Part shown: piece by piece, positions 1 to 14,084 of the stretch
Layout: each line of letters opens with the position of its first letter
Numbering within the stretch: position 1 is the stretch's first letter
DNA from: Podarcis filfolensis
Lineage: Eukaryota
Length of the DNA: 64,000 nt
Direction: 5' to 3' (one strand)
NCBI GenBank assembly: GCA_964270895.1
Contig: OZ185445.1
Translations under genes and position numbers: made by a program
Notes under the pieces: model-generated
Databases searched by the model: none
What the model saw: only the letters and a program-made list of their open reading frames with translations
Told to the model about the DNA's origin: nothing

Positions 1-1487
1 TATAAGTGGAGAAACTAGGCTGGGTATGACAGTGACTTGCACAAAGCCACTCAGTGGGCTTCATTGGCTTGTCTTCTAGATGAGTAAGTTATATGACTTA
101 CACGCCTTGCACACTTTTCAGGGATTGTGTTACAAGAACTCCCTGCCTTGGGAGAGACCCCCCCCCCATATTATCATTTTTGTAGCCCCTTATTTTGACT
201 GGCATTCCATCTGATTAGTTGGCTGTTTTCTGTTTTTATGGATATTTTTATTTGCTGCTCTGTCTGTTCTACTTTTTTCTCTTTACTTTTATTTTGTTAA
301 TCACATATTTTGAGTATTAGGTGCCTTGGGCATTTCCTAGAAGTGGGAAGCTAAAATGGAAAGCCCTTATAAACAAACACTTAACTGAGGATTGATTAAA
401 TGGACTGCAACATTTATTGGTGCTCCTCCTTTTTTCTTCACACTGATGATCAGAATGGACCACCCTCAATAGATGGTTAAGATACCTAGACTGAGCCCAG
501 CACTGGCATCCTCTCCACTCTCCCTTCAATGGATTGTCAGAGCTGAGAGCTTATCCATTAGCAGAAACCTGCTTCCATTTCTTCACACCTCTTACTGTAT
601 TATGGCTTCTGAGAATTAACCTGTCAATAGTGTGACTGAAGTTAGGAGATTTGACTCCAACTCGTAGTTCGGAAAATAGTGGCAGTAGCAGTTCTCAAGT
701 TCCTTTCCTTGCTGAATACAAAGTAATCAAAGCCTGGGAAGAATTGCATTGCTTTTAATATTTTTATTGTAAGCGGCTTGCTTTAAAAGGCAAGGTAGAA
801 CTAATAATAAAAATATTTTTCTTGTGATTGGAGAGACAGTGGAGAGGGCAGAGGGGTTGTGAAGATTCCTCATGCTGCTGAACGAGTTCTGGCCTCCTGG
901 AGCCATTGTAACGTTGGGTTAGAAAAATATAGTGGCAAAGTCTCTATGGGTTCTTGAAGCCACAACTTCTTGCTTTATGGCAGGGGTAGGGAACCTGCAG
1001 CCCTCCAGAAGTTGCTGGACTACCACTCCCATCATCCCTCACCATTGGTCCTATTGGCTGGGGCTGATGGGAATCGTATTTCAACAATATTTGGAAGGCT
1101 ACCGGTTGCCCATGCCTGTCTTACGGGATGCCTTTTAGCTGCAGTGGAAGTCATAAACATTTATTTATTTTGTATACCGCTGTGTACCCATAGATCTCAG
1201 GGAGGTTCCCAACATAACATTACAATATAAAAAAACACAAAACATGTAATAAAAATAAGAACAAAGACAACCCAATAATCCCCTCTTCCACAACACATTC
1301 AAAAGGGCATCTGATGTCAGTCAGCCCAAGACCTGCTTAAAGAGGAACGTTTTCGCCTGGTGCCCAAAGGTGTCTAATAAACATGCAAGAGGAAAGCTGT
1401 GCATGCTTTGTTTTAGTCAGATTGTATATGTTTTATATGATTCATCAACTAATTCTATTATGGGTGTGTATCTTGTTTTTGTTTTAG

Positions 1488-1647
1488 CTATGTGGAGTGG
1501 CCTCTTCACTCACATAACAGAATCTTGGAATAATTTCAAGGGTTTAGATCCAAAACACACAACATGGATGGACCTCATGGAAAAACATGGCTACTATACT
1601 CAGAAATATGGAAAACTGGATTATACTTCAGGGCATCACTCACTAAG
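1488..1647 (+). CDS. ARSK: Arylsulfatase K, coding exon 3 (exons 1-2 not found in the window)
   Basis: ttttag|CT ATG TGG...CTA AG|gtaag; encodes AMWSGLFTHITESWNNFKGLDPKHTTWMDLMEKHGYYTQKYGKLDYTSGHHSL, matching recalled human ARSK. 160 nt. Join 1488-1647,3287-3569,7603-7774,10445-10666,14085-14309,16018-16298 keeps one open frame. Confidence 0.96.
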
Positions 1648-2868
1648 GTAAGCAATTGGGAAAACCCTATCTCTGGTTAAAATTGGTTAATCAGAGGCGT
1701 GATTACTGCTAATTGAAAGCCTCCTGGCTAAAACTGAATTGTTATTTTATCATTTCTATGTACAAAGTGCTTTTCAGTATTTACTTCATTTATCCTGACA
1801 ACACCCCTTTTGAGGCCCTAAGACTTTAAGTTGAAACAGTACTTTTTGTTTTGTACTATCTGTAAACCTACTCATAAATGGATGCGTTCTCTGTAGTAAC
1901 CTCAAGTTCTGACAGTTCACTCGTCTGTAAAATGTGTTCCCCTGTCAAATTTTTGTTCCATTAAGTATATGAAACTGGTAGCACTTTTTCAGATGATTTT
2001 TTTAAAAACACTTTCTCGAAACATTTTAGTTTTGTAACTAAAATCCTCATCATTGCTCAAAGAAGTCCTTATTGTCAGGGAGCTACAAAATCCATTATAA
2101 AGGCAGCAAACTTCTCAGAAGGGTTTATTGTAAGAACTAAGTACCTTGGGAGAGCTGCAGTCATTTGCTCTTGAACAAATATTACTGCCTAGTCTTTTTC
2201 TTCACAATGCAGCCACTTGTAGGCAACCTTTCTGAGGGTCATAGTTTCTTTATGCTGCATAAGGAGAAAATAATTGGATGTGTCATTCCACTTCTAACAT
2301 GTCTAGCCCTGTATACTGAAGCTCAAGTTTCATATAAAGACATTCTCCCTTTTCCTTTGTGCATGCTGCAGAGAGTTGAAAATGCAGAGGGCTGCAGGGG
2401 GAGAAGAGGGAGGCTCCCTCCTCTTCTCCAGCATGGCTTGGAAGAGATCAGAAATGTCCCTTTCCATTTTAAATTAACCATGGTTTGTTGTTACAGCCAA
2501 ACCCTAAACCATGTTTAATCTAAATTAGTTAGTTGTCAAACCTGTCTTGTTTTCACTGTTACTTGAATTGACTTGTTTTCACTAATCCTTGTTTACTTAA
2601 GCCTAGCCATGGTTTCTCCATTTTTAAATGTCACAACAAGCAAAATTTAACTTCCCAGCTTCTTGCTACAGCCGTGCAAAGGCAGAGGAAGAGAGAGAAG
2701 TGGCTAGGTACAAGGCTTACTGCTGGGCCATGTTTGAACATCATTTGCAAAGGCAAACTGATATGAATAGCTTTTTATAAACCCAGTTAAAATTTAATGT
2801 CATAAATCACTGAATACAAATGGCAGGCATGTCAGAAATGTGAACATAATGATAATTTGCCTGTGATT

Positions 2869-3226
2869 ATAAAGGTAAAGGTAAAGGCATCCCTGACCAT
2901 TAGGTCCAGTCACGGACGACTCTGGCACTGCAGCACTCATCTCGCTTTATTGGCCGAGGGAGCCAGTGTACAGCTTCCGGGTCATGTGGCCAGCATGACT
3001 AAGCTGCTTCTGGCGAACCAGAGCAGCGCACAGAAATGCCGTTTACCTTCCCGCCGGAGCAGTACCTATTTATCTACTTTCACCTCGTGGTTTCGAACTG
3101 CTAGGTTGGCAGGAGCAGGGACCGAGCAACAGGAGCTCACCCAGTCACAGGGATTCGAACCGCCGACCTTCTGATCGGCAAGCCCTAGGCTATGTGGTTT
3201 AACCCACAGCATCACCCACGTCCCTA
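2869..3226 (-). mobile_element. Sauria-type SINE, full length
   Basis: tRNA-like head GGGACGTGGGTG..., (ACCTTT)n tail, TSD TGCCTGTGATT at 2858-2868 and 3227-3237. Confidence 0.88.
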
Positions 3227-3286
3227 TGCCTGTGATTGTATCTACATGAAAATAGCATATATACTGAATACTGTTCTGATTTTCAG

Positions 3287-3569
3287 TAACCGTGTGGAGG
3301 CTTGGACCAGAAGCGTTGATTTTTTGCTTCAGCAAGAAGGCAGGCCTGTGGCAGAACTCGTAGGTAACAAGACCTATGTGAGAGTCATGCAAAAAGATTG
3401 GAAGGCCACCGACGATGCTGCAGATTGGCTAAGAAACAAAGCCACCAACTTGACACAACCCTTTGTTCTTTACTTGGGGCTAAATTTGCCTCATCCATAT
3501 CCTTCACCTTCCTCCGGAGAAAATTATGGGGCATCTACATTTCGGACGTCTCCTTATTGGCTACAGAGG
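3287..3569 (+). CDS. ARSK: Arylsulfatase K, exon 4
   Basis: tttcag|T AAC CGT GTG...CAG AGG|gtatg; NRVEAWTRSVDFLLQQEGRP...LGLNLPHPYPSPSSGENYG; 283 nt. Confidence 0.96.
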
Positions 3570-3864
3570 GTATGCAAATATTAGCGTATAGCTTGATATA
3601 AGTTTTTTAAAAAGAATTGTATTTCTAGAGCATTTTATTCCTCAACCCACAGAAGGACCATAGCTCAGTGGCAGAGGGTCTCAAGTCCCCAGCACCTCCT
3701 GGTAGGACTGGGAGAGGTTCCTGCCTGAAACCCCAGAGAACCTCTACCAATCAGTGTAGACAATACTGAGCAAGATAGACCAATGGCTTGACTCAGTGTA
3801 GGGCAGCTTCCTATGTTCCTAATGCTGTGTGACTCAAATCTGAAATGAAAGATTAACCGCAGTT

Positions 3865-4115
3865 CAGTGGTACCCTGGTAGTTGGACACCTTAGTTGTCG
3901 AACAAATTGGCTCCCGAATGTTGCAAACCCGGAAGTGAGTGTTCCGGTTTGCAAACGTTTTTTGGAAGCCGAACATCCGACGCAGCTTCTGCAGCTTCCG
4001 ATTGAGTGCAGGAAGCTCCTGCAGCCAATTGGAAGCCATGCCTTAGTTTTTGAACCATTTCGGGAGTCGAACGGACTCCCAGAATGGATTAAATTCGAGA
4101 ACCAAGGTACGACTG
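3865..4115. mobile_element. Tc1/mariner-type MITE (TIR CAGTGGTACC...GGTACCACTG)
   Basis: Terminal inverted repeats, about 250 bp, no ORF. Confidence 0.7.
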
Positions 4116-5936
4116 TATTTTATTATGTTGCCAGATTGTCTGTGACCAAGTACAGCAGATATGTACTTACGTTTTTATACTAAACTGTAATCTCCTTGGC
4201 CCCCCAGGAATTATAGTAGGGTGATAGTGCTGAGAATTCTCTTTTCAGAATATCTAGTCCTACATCCTTCCTGTTAAAAACCGCTATGCTCGTGGTTCCC
4301 TGGATAAATGGAAAGACCCATGCTATTTTTCTAGAAAAAAATGGTGCCAGAACTCACCATGAACGCCTCCCTTGTTGTCTTAGAATGGCAATGGCGCCCA
4401 CCTGAGAAGTGAGTCCCAATGAGTTCTGACTGGGGGAAAAAGCCCTGAGAATGACTAATAAAACCAGTTTAAGCTTGTGATGTAAAGATATTCTTTATTT
4501 TATTTGTGTATTACATTCCTATCCCACATTTCCTCCAATGAGTTCAAGATGGCATACATGGTTTCTTTCTGTGAGGGGGAGTCAGCTCTTCCTGTTTATT
4601 TGTATTCCATTTGAGTTGTTTCCAGGTTCTGTTTTTACAATGGTCACACAAAACTCTCCAGACTGGTTGCCATGGCTCCCACTGCTTAAATGGCAGTGTA
4701 ACCCTGTAATTCAGCAGAATGTTTTAAAGGAAACAACCATTTCTTCACAAAAGCATCTTCAGCACACGGTTTACTTTTTTTATATGTAATGAGAATAGTG
4801 CTCAATTTTAGTCTCCATCATTGCAATGTCTTAGAATTTCAGCTGTTTGAATGCTTTCTTGATTACTCCTTTTTTCCTGTTGTCATCCACTCCAAGGGAT
4901 CTGTATTGAGCTAGTGAAGTACAATAACCTCAGAAAGTGTACACCTTGTATTCTGTTTTCTAGGTTCTCTGCTAGAATTTTTGTCTTAGCTCTAGTCCCT
5001 GAATATCCTTATACAAGGGAGAACATGCAGTTGTTCTTAGCTTGGGAACCAAGTGCAACCAATTTCTTCACTCTTCTCAGGTCACCTTTCATCCCTCTGT
5101 GTGGCAGGGACAACCTCATGGCCAGCATGAGCTGCAGAGATGGCTTTTGACTATTGGCACAGGAGAGGCCGAATGGGAGAAAAGTTATGTGCAGTGTTAT
5201 TTTTCTAGAAAAAGAGGTGGCGGAACTCACCATGATTCCTCCCTGGTTCTCTTATAATGGCAATGGTGCCCATCTGAGAGGTGTGTGAGCTCCGTTCCAG
5301 TGAGTTCTGGCTGAAAAAAAGCCCTGGTTATGTGCCTTCTGCTAGGATCCACCCCATAATTGTGTGTTGGAATGCCTAATGAGAAGTATGGGTGGTATGT
5401 TCTGGAGTATACCATAATGTGTATTGTACAATGTACAGATTGTGTACTGTGGCTTCCCCATTCCTGTGAGCTGACTATGAAAGCGATTATTGCAATCATA
5501 TTTAGCTTCTGTCGTATGTATGGATTATGAATTTTCTTGAAGCATCTATTTACTACATCTTCATACAAAACCTAGTTGGCTGTAGTATCTCGGGCACTAA
5601 TTCATGGGATTTCTTCAGGTGAATGTTTGGTTATATTGTTTTCCATGGAAAAACTGGAGCCAGACAAAAATAGTCTTTTGTTCGCTCCAGAGTTTTCTGA
5701 GGGGACAGCTATGAACATCTAAGAAGTCAAGAACCCGGCTGGATCAAACCAAACATGCATCTAGTTACAGCATCCTGATTCTCACAGTAGCCAATCACAT
5801 GCTTCCAAGCAGTGCAATAGGGTAGACCTCCTGTGCTGTTGCCTCACAGCAACCAATAAGCACTGTCCATTTCTCTAGCTGTGACATTGTCTCCATTGAT
5901 GACAATTAACTTGAACACATTTGCCCAGTAGCAGTA

Positions 5937-6177
5937 CAGTGGTACTTCGGTTTTCAAGCGTCTCGGAAGCCAAACATTTTGATTTTTGAATGCCGAAAAC
6001 CTGAAAGTGAATTCTTCCATTTTCAAACATGCCTCAGAAGTCGAATAGCTTCCGAGGTGCATTTCTCAATTTTCTCAATGGAATTGGCCGACCGCCCATT
6101 GCGCCTTGGTTGTCGAACATTTCAGAAGTCGAACGGTCTTCCGGAACAGATTACGTTTGACAACCGAGGTACCACTG
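5937..6177. mobile_element. Tc1/mariner-type MITE
   Basis: TA|CAGTGGTAC...GTACCACTG|TA (TA target duplication). Confidence 0.82.
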
Positions 6178-7602
6178 TAGTTAAATCAGCGGCTTCAACT
6201 AACATTGAAGCCTAAATGTGAACATGAACTCGAATACACGTTCTACAAAAATAATAATTGGGTATTCACTTCCAGAGGATTGCTATCAAGATAATATATT
6301 GCAATGATTTGATTGCTAAACAAAGGAGTTCTTTTCTGTGAGCCATGGGTTTCTATGCAGTATGTCACACTTTGACTTTTGCTTTGAATATTGGGTTGCC
6401 ATTGTGTTTATGTGTATGCACCATTGGAAGTCCTGCTGGGCACGTAGAATTAATTGTGTGGTTCTTGGGATTGCAGCAATGGCCTTTCTAGGTTGGTATG
6501 AAGCTTAGCGCTGAATCAAGCTCTCTCATTTGCTGAATCAATTCAAAGCAGTGCATCAACATGATGGTCTCACAGTACGCTATGTTGCTAAGCAGATGGT
6601 CTGTAAGGGATCAGCTGGAGCCATCTTTAAGACTTGTGGCTTTGTTCCTAGACGCAGGCACTGCGGTGAGCAAGGGAAGACCACACGTTCAATTTTTTAG
6701 GAAAAGTCTTTCTTGTAGACGCTTAGGGAGGGGATAGTGGAACTGGAAGAAGCTGCTGGCTGCAAAAGAAGAAGTCATTGCGGTGGAAGACTGTGATCAT
6801 CTCCTAAAATCTAACTGAACCTTATGGAAGCAGGCTGTAGCAGATCCAACTCTTTACCTGAATGAATTGCACAGGCAGGAAAAAAGCACCAAGTGTAGTG
6901 GTAATGTCTGGAATATTGCCTCTAAACACATGCTACATTTTGCTGCACAGATCTCTGATAAGAACAGCAGTGGATCAGGGACTCTCTCCTTACACCAATG
7001 TTCTAACCTATTGAGAAGCAGATTGGAGGTGGTATTCAACTAAGTTTATCCCCGAGTACATACATTGTAGTTAGTGAACATGACTAAATTAGGCCCACTG
7101 ATTTCAATAAGTGTACTTTGTGTTACCCTTCATTGAATACCACCCTGGACACCTTCCTCAAAGTGCACTTTCTCTGCAAAGCATTTTGGCACAAGTCCCT
7201 AGTCCTCATGGCATTCTCTAACTATGCCTAAGTATGTGCAACTGAACATATCTGTTTATCCCTGTCTCCATTTCCCTCCTCTTCCTCTGGGTCATACTAC
7301 AGATTGCACTCCCCTCAGGGCAGGATCCTGTGCTCTTGTTCTCTGTAAAGCACTATGCACTTTGGTCCTGCTCTGTAAATAATGCATTGGGCAGGAGTCA
7401 CCTAAGAAGTCACATCATCACAAGCCCTGTTCGAGGACTTCTGCTTGCGCAATGGGGCCCTCCCCTCTTATTCTCCCCTCATTTATAAAACATGGAGTCT
7501 TCATGTTCAGTCAGTATGTCTACCTTGGGCTGCTGGCAAATTGGAGGGTGATAATAGTTACCATTTGACAATTTTTTATTTTTTATTTTACTTTGTTACT
7601 AG

Positions 7603-7774
7603 GTGAGATACGAAGCCATCAAAATTCCAAAATGGCTTCCATTTTCAGAGATGCACCCAGTAGATTACTATTCCTCTTATACAAAGAACTGCACAGAGAA
7701 ATTTACGGAGAAAGAAATCAGAGATATCCGAGCACATTATTATGCCATGTGTGCAGAAACGGATGCAATGCTTG
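7603..7774 (+). CDS. ARSK: Arylsulfatase K, exon 5
   Basis: actag|GTG AGA TAC...ATG CTT G|gtaag; VRYEAIKIPKWLPFSEMHPVDYYSSYTKNCTEKFTEKEIRDIRAHYYAMCAETDAML; 172 nt; not captured in frame by the ORF track. Confidence 0.95.
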
Positions 7775-8736
7775 GTAAGTGATATCCTGATTATCTTACT
7801 AATATCATAATGTATTTCTCAATACTATTACTGCAAAGATCGTTTTCTTCCCTGATTCTAGCCATGTAGAGGCTACAGTCCTAATTATGCATTATTCAAA
7901 GTCTTAGAACTGCAGCCTATGTATTTTTCATAGCTAAGCTTTGCGTAAAAAGATTATTTCCAGAAAGTAACAACTAGATGTTTTCTGTTGGGGTTTCTTT
8001 AATCTATTATTTAATAAAACTTCTATCATACTCTGCCTACAAGGTTAGAATCTGATCCATGAAGAAAACAATATGTCTCAGTTCATGTATTAAGGACTAT
8101 GGTAACGTCATTTCAGTTGCAGAGGCCGGGACAAGGACCAGCCCACCCATGAGGTAGACTGAAGCAGCTGCCTCAGGCAGCAGAATCCTGCGGGGCGGTG
8201 CCCCCACCCCTGCCACCATTGCTGCGGTTGCGCAGCTGCATCTTCTTCCAGCAAGATCTCACAGAACTCTCACAAGATCTTGCCGGAGGAAGGTACAGCT
8301 GCGCAGAAGGGTAGCCACTTCCTTGTTTTGCCTCAGGTGGCAAAATGCAAGAGGCCGGGACACAATCTCAGGAGTGTACACAGCAATCTTAATGCAAATA
8401 ATGTATTATGTGAGCCAAGCAATTATGTTTACAAATGTAGCTCTGTACTGTGATGATATTCAACTAAGTCAAACTTAGTAGACCCACTGAAATAAATGGA
8501 CTTGACCAACTTTATTTCAATGGGTCTACTTTTGATTCAGGCCGGATATCATCCGATACATCTGAGCTGCATGACTGCAACTCCTTTGAGGAAAGGATCA
8601 GGTGGGCCTTTGCATGTGTCACACAAGGCATAATTCATGTGGTTCTGCCCTATGTACATCTTTCTGAGACCTGGTCTCATCCACCACCACACAAATGACA
8701 TTAACCTGGTTTTAGATGTCTGTACCAAACATCTGA

Positions 8737-9025
8737 GGGACACGGGTGGTGCTGTGGTCTAAACTACAGAGCCGAGGGCTTGCTGATCAGAAGGTTGCTG
8801 GCTTGAATCCCTGCAACAGGGTGAGCTCCCGTTGTTCGGTCCCAGCTCGTCCACCTAGCAGTTCAAAAGTACGTCAGAGTGCAAGTAGATAAATAGGTAC
8901 CACTCCGGCAGGAAGGTAAACGGTGTTTCCGTGCGCTGCTCTGGTTCACCAGAAGCGGCTTAGTCATGCTGGCCACATGACCTGGAAGCTGTCTGTGGAC
9001 AAACGCTGGCTCCCTCGGCCTATAG
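8737..9025 (+). mobile_element. Sauria-type SINE, 3'-truncated
   Basis: Same body sequence (CAAGTAGATAAATAGGTACC...) as the other copies. Confidence 0.8.
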
Positions 9026-10444
9026 GAGGGAATGTAATTAATCTGGTGTATTTGTTCTCTGTGGCTTAATACATGTAAGACATGTACTTTATGGAAATAA
9101 TATTCTGAGACGGCTGTCTTGGGGGAAGAGGTTGGAAATGAAAGGATATTCAGGCACATCAATTCTGACACTGTAGCATTTTTATATTGTTATTGCCAGA
9201 AGAGCAGAAAAATTGTCAAGGAACATCTACTGAAACTGAAGTGAGGTAGAGTGAGGAATCCTCTCAATTATTATTAATCTTCTTTTTATATGTTGGCTTC
9301 ACATCTGGAATGCTGTTCCCATCTGCTGCAGAATTTGGCATTCTGAGAATTCCAGCTTTAATTCCTAAAAGCCTAAGTGTAATGAGAGAGATGGAGAACA
9401 GAAGCAAGAAGGAGCTTAGGTCAAGCGTTTTCTTTGGGTAGAATTTTGGTGCCTTGCTGTCTCTTTAATGATATAGGGGCAGTATGGAAAATCTCCATGT
9501 TTTGGGCTTACTGATCAGTTATTACAATCCTTGCCTGTAATTGTAACTTCTTTGAAAACGCTTAGTGTATGTAGAAATTCAGGGTAAATTTGACAGTTTC
9601 CTAATAAACACTGGATGAATTCAAGAGGTAAATTCAAGAGAACTACAACGAATCAAATCCTAGGTACACTTACTCAGAAGCAAGTCCCATTGTGTTCAGT
9701 AGAGCTTACACCCAAATAAGTATGCATGGGCATAGCCAGGATTTTTTGTTGTGGGGGCTGACCTTTTGTTAAGAGGGGCAGGCCTTTTGTTGGGAGTGGG
9801 GCAGAACCTGTTTGCTATGTATTTTATTGATTTTTATTTATTATGGGGGGGTAGCTGCCCCTCCCTGCCCCCCAACTACACCCATTTAAGTATGTACTGT
9901 ATAGGATTGTGACCTAAATCTTGTATCTGAGCTTATGCACCACCTTAAATGGGATTCAGACTCATCTTTCAGTGCAGTTTTAAAAACTCTTGCAAGTTTC
10001 AGACTATTAAAGCATACTTTGAGATCTGTATGGCAGACATAAATGTGAGCTTCTAAAAGTGGATAGCTGTGGGTGTTTAGCAACAGATTAGCAAAATGCA
10101 GCATTTTGGATGGAGATTTCTGGAAGTATGGAAGCCACAGTTGTGCATGCTGATATTTAGCAGTGGAAGGAACTTATTCAGAGTTCTCAAGGAGAAAATA
10201 AACTGCCCCTCATGATCTCCCATAATTAGCTTCTCTCCATCCTCCCAGAGGACTTTTCTTTGGAATCTTTGAAACAGCAACGGCTTCTGTATAAATGAGA
10301 ACACAGGCAACGTGATCTAGTGCTTTCATTGCACTGGCAGAAGAGCTACCTCCTTGTGACATCTAAAAACTATTTTTATTCATGTCAATGTTTAATGAAT
10401 ATTTTGATGTTTGTGTATTAACCCTCCCTTATATTTTGTTGCAG

Positions 10445-10666
10445 GTGAGATAATTTCTGCTCTAAATGACACAGGACTACTCAGAAGGACTCTTGTCGTA
10501 TTCACTGCAGATCACGGAGAACTTGCCATGGAACACAGGCAGTTTTACAAAATGAGCATGTACGAAGCAAGCTCCCATGTTCCTCTCCTTATAATGGGAC
10601 CGAATATTAAGCTGCAATTCATCCCCAATGTGGTGTCCCTTGTGGATATCTACCCTACCATGCTCG
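10445..10666 (+). CDS. ARSK: Arylsulfatase K, exon 6
   Basis: gcag|GT GAG ATA...ATG CTC G|gtaag; sulfatase motifs FTADHGE and VSLVDIYPT; 222 nt. Confidence 0.96.
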
Positions 10667-12279
10667 GTAAGCAATATTTCTGTTGGAATAGCAAGCTCAC
10701 TTCATATGACCAGCAGGGATAAAAAAATATTTAAAACCATCCCCTTTGCTAACATATGATTGCAGGAGATGGCTTAAAAGCACAAGCGGCTCACTTGGGA
10801 CTGTCTAGAAGTTGCTGGACTACAGCTCCCATCATCCCTTACCTTTGGTCATGCTGGTTGAGGCCGGTGGGAGTTGGAGTCCAAGAATGTCTGGAAGAGC
10901 ACAGGTTAGCCACCCCTGGTTTTAAAGCATGGCTGACTAGCAACCATGGTGTCACTACTGTCAGATAACTTCCCCAACATGCCTACACCATGTTGTGATT
11001 TACTGCTCAGCTTGCAAAGAAGGGACATTTAAAGGATCCAACACTGATCAATAAAGCCAAAATTTGGAGATGCCCCAGTAAGTTTCACCTCCTTTGATTT
11101 AACGTTAGTGTATATGAATAGTTTATTTTTGTCCACATGTGAACCAAGGCCACTCTTGTTTCATGCACACATGGCCAGAATGATACTTGCACTGCTCTGC
11201 ACAGATATAAAAAGCACACTTAAAAATAAATAAATAGTGTGCTCAAAGGACATGTAATGGGTTATATATTTAGGCAGGTGGGTGTGAAGGTTTCAGCAGA
11301 TCCCCAGTCATTTCCAAAATGAGATATTACTGGATGTTTTAATAATGGGGAAAATATTTTAATGAAATAATGAAATAATGAATAAAAATAATGAATGAAA
11401 TAATGAGGCTGAATGAAATAATGAGGCTCTCAAAATCCTTCTGAAATTATAAACACCTGGAACGTGGAAAATAATGTATTCTGCCTTATTTACGTTTCTG
11501 CGTCAAAAGTGTCCCATTTGCGGGAAGGATGAGAAATATTTCCTGGAGAAAAGAAACCCTTTTAATTGTGGGAATATTTGCCTTTTTACAGCCATGTTTG
11601 TTGCTGTTGGTTGTTCTGTCTGCTGCAGCTTGATTTCCTTCCCACCAAATTTCTGAGTACTGCTTCTTCTTCCTAGACTAATCACACAGGCAATCCTAGA
11701 CTAATCATAGGCCACATAGTGACCTGAATGTTGTCAAGACACTAAGAAACTTGTTAGATTTAGCTATGTGACATTGCTGAGGTCAAGAAATCAATGTGAA
11801 ACTGGGATCATTGCTACCTGGATCAGTGACATAAGTTATCCCACCTATTATCATCATCATCTTTGATTTATTCATTGCCTTCTGAACAACCATTTACACA
11901 TAAGAGTATTAACAACACTTAAAAACACCAAAACAGCAAATACATTAAAAACAGTACTGAGACCCTAGCAAAGTAGACACCCACAGTAAAGAACAATTTA
12001 TCCAACTGGGAAAGTTTGTAGGAACAAAAATGTATTCATTTGTTTAGGGGTCATTTAGTAAATAGGATGATCTTGTAATATTGCATAGCCAATTTGATTT
12101 TACTGAGAGAAACAAAGCTAATTCGCTTACCCTGGCATTGTCTGAAGGCACATGATACAGTTTTATGGAAGTGCAGCAGCATAAAATTAATGAGTGTGAG
12201 GATGATGCTTCCTGGGCCGGTCACATGGGCGATCCTAACCAATTGGGAATCACACTGTGAACATGATAAGATGGCTATG

Positions 12280-12715
12280 TGTCAGGGAACTGCCATCGGA
12301 GCCAAGAGTGGAGGTAAGGCTCCCCAACGATGCAGGAGAAGGGACCAGCAGGGAGAGAGAGAACACTTCCTTTGGGGAAGGAAATCGGCGTGACACCAGG
12401 AAGAAAGGGGAGCAGGGAAGGACTTCGGAGAAATGGCTCCAAGACTCTTCCACAGAGACCAGCGGGGAGAGCCCAGGACCTCCGCTGGCCACGCCCACTC
12501 TGCGCAGAAGACTTCCGCGCAGGGAAGCTAGGCGTAGACTTGGCGTCAAGGAGCTTTTATGTTGGAAGAAGTTCAGGAAACGCCCACTGACGGATTCTGC
12601 CAGTGACTGACACAGCCACGGAGAAAGGGCTGTCCAGCCAGGGAAAGGTTTAGCCAGACAACGTTGCCTAGAGCAGCAGCCCCCTTACGCACGAGCAACC
12701 CCAATTACCTTTACA
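12280..12715. mobile_element. Solo LTR (Gypsy/ERV-like) in ARSK intron
   Basis: Begins TGTCA, ends TTACA; 5-bp TSD CTATG at 12275-12279 and 12716-12720; GC-rich island in an AT-rich intron. Confidence 0.75.
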
Positions 12716-14084
12716 CTATGCTTCATAGTTAACTGTATTTGACATGACAGTATTACACAGGGGAAATTGGGTCAATTTAGAGTGAGGGCAAAGCCTTCTG
12801 AATAGGTGAGCTCTTATGAAGGAATCACTGAAAGGTCGCCAAGAAGTTGGGGATTTCTCCACTCCTGGAAAATAGTTAGTACTTTTAGTTCAAACCCTAT
12901 ATTCTAACTAGAGACTTTAGTTTAACATTACTAATGAATGAGTCACACAGTCTCTTAATCAAATCTCAGCCCCTACCTTCTTGTTCCAACTGTCTTAATT
13001 TCCCCCCATCTCTCTTCTTGAAGTTTGTATTTTTAAATCACCGTCCTTCCTGTGCTCTCATTCTCCATATGTTCTCTCCTGGTTCTTCCTTCCTGTATTC
13101 AGAATATTTAAAAAATACAAAATAAAATAAAAAATGATTAATTTATTTAGGTGAGTAACAAACAAATGATTAATGTTATTTTCTCAGACACGCCAACTGA
13201 TGAAGTAAGCTCTGACCTTATCTGTAGTAGATAGGAATATAGTCTGTCTGTGTGCCTTGCCATTTGATTTTACAGTTTGTTTCTGTACATGTACGTGTCA
13301 CATCTTAACAATTTCCCTTAAAAGTGTGGTGTTGTATCCAACATGGCACAAACAGACTTTTATTCCTACAGCAGATTTTGCCATCCTGTATTTCTCTTTG
13401 TAGTACACCACAGACACCCCCCCAAAAAAATTCACTCAAAAAAAATTCCTCAGCCCTCTGAAGCATGTTTTTGAGGATATGCAGGGATGGTAAGGGACAG
13501 GAAGTTCCATTGCACAAGTAGATGTCTGTTCCCTTTGTGCAGTGACAGCACTGGATGCAACCTATGGTGTTGTACTTCCATCTTAAAGGTTGTTTAAATT
13601 CGGCAGATAGGGGGGGCGGGCTTCATGGAGAAGGAAGGGTAAGTCTTACTTGTGCAAACAGGACACTGCAATTAGATGCCACTGTTAGTTCAGAAAGATG
13701 TTAGGTTTAATTTCAGTGACTTAAAAATCTCTCTATCTGTCTCTTTTGCACCGCATATGAGTTGCTTAACAGTAACAAACTGCTAATGGTTAGAACAGAA
13801 CTGAAGTTTTGTGGAAATAATTTCCCTAGGTAGCTAGTATTAATTTTACAGTAAGAAAATGTAAGAGGCATCTTGGACTTAATATAAATGCAAAGGTAAG
13901 AGGATCAGAAATATCACTATAAGGGGCAAAGGACAAGTTGCAATGGTTGACATAGTATATAATTTATTTCCTTGTTGGTTTTATATATTTCTGCCTTTTC
14001 TTTTAATTATGTTTAATTCTTTTTAAATAATGTAAATACCAAATTTTAAAAACAAATTGACTTAAGTCACAATTTCAATTTCAG

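Noticed and set aside
1-1487. Search for ARSK exon 2 (catalytic CCPSR motif)
   Set aside because: No matching frame found; presumably upstream of the window, so not evidence of gene loss.
2857-3174. Recurrent short ORFs such as HVASMTKLLLANQSS (also at 8.9, 14.4, 43.2 and 43.4 kb)
   Set aside because: Translations of Sauria-type SINE copies, not a protein family.
11361-11430. Short AATGAAAT-type tandem repeats (also an 18-bp tandem at about 38524-38560)
   Set aside because: Ordinary slippage repeats in introns; no spacer structure, not CRISPR-like.
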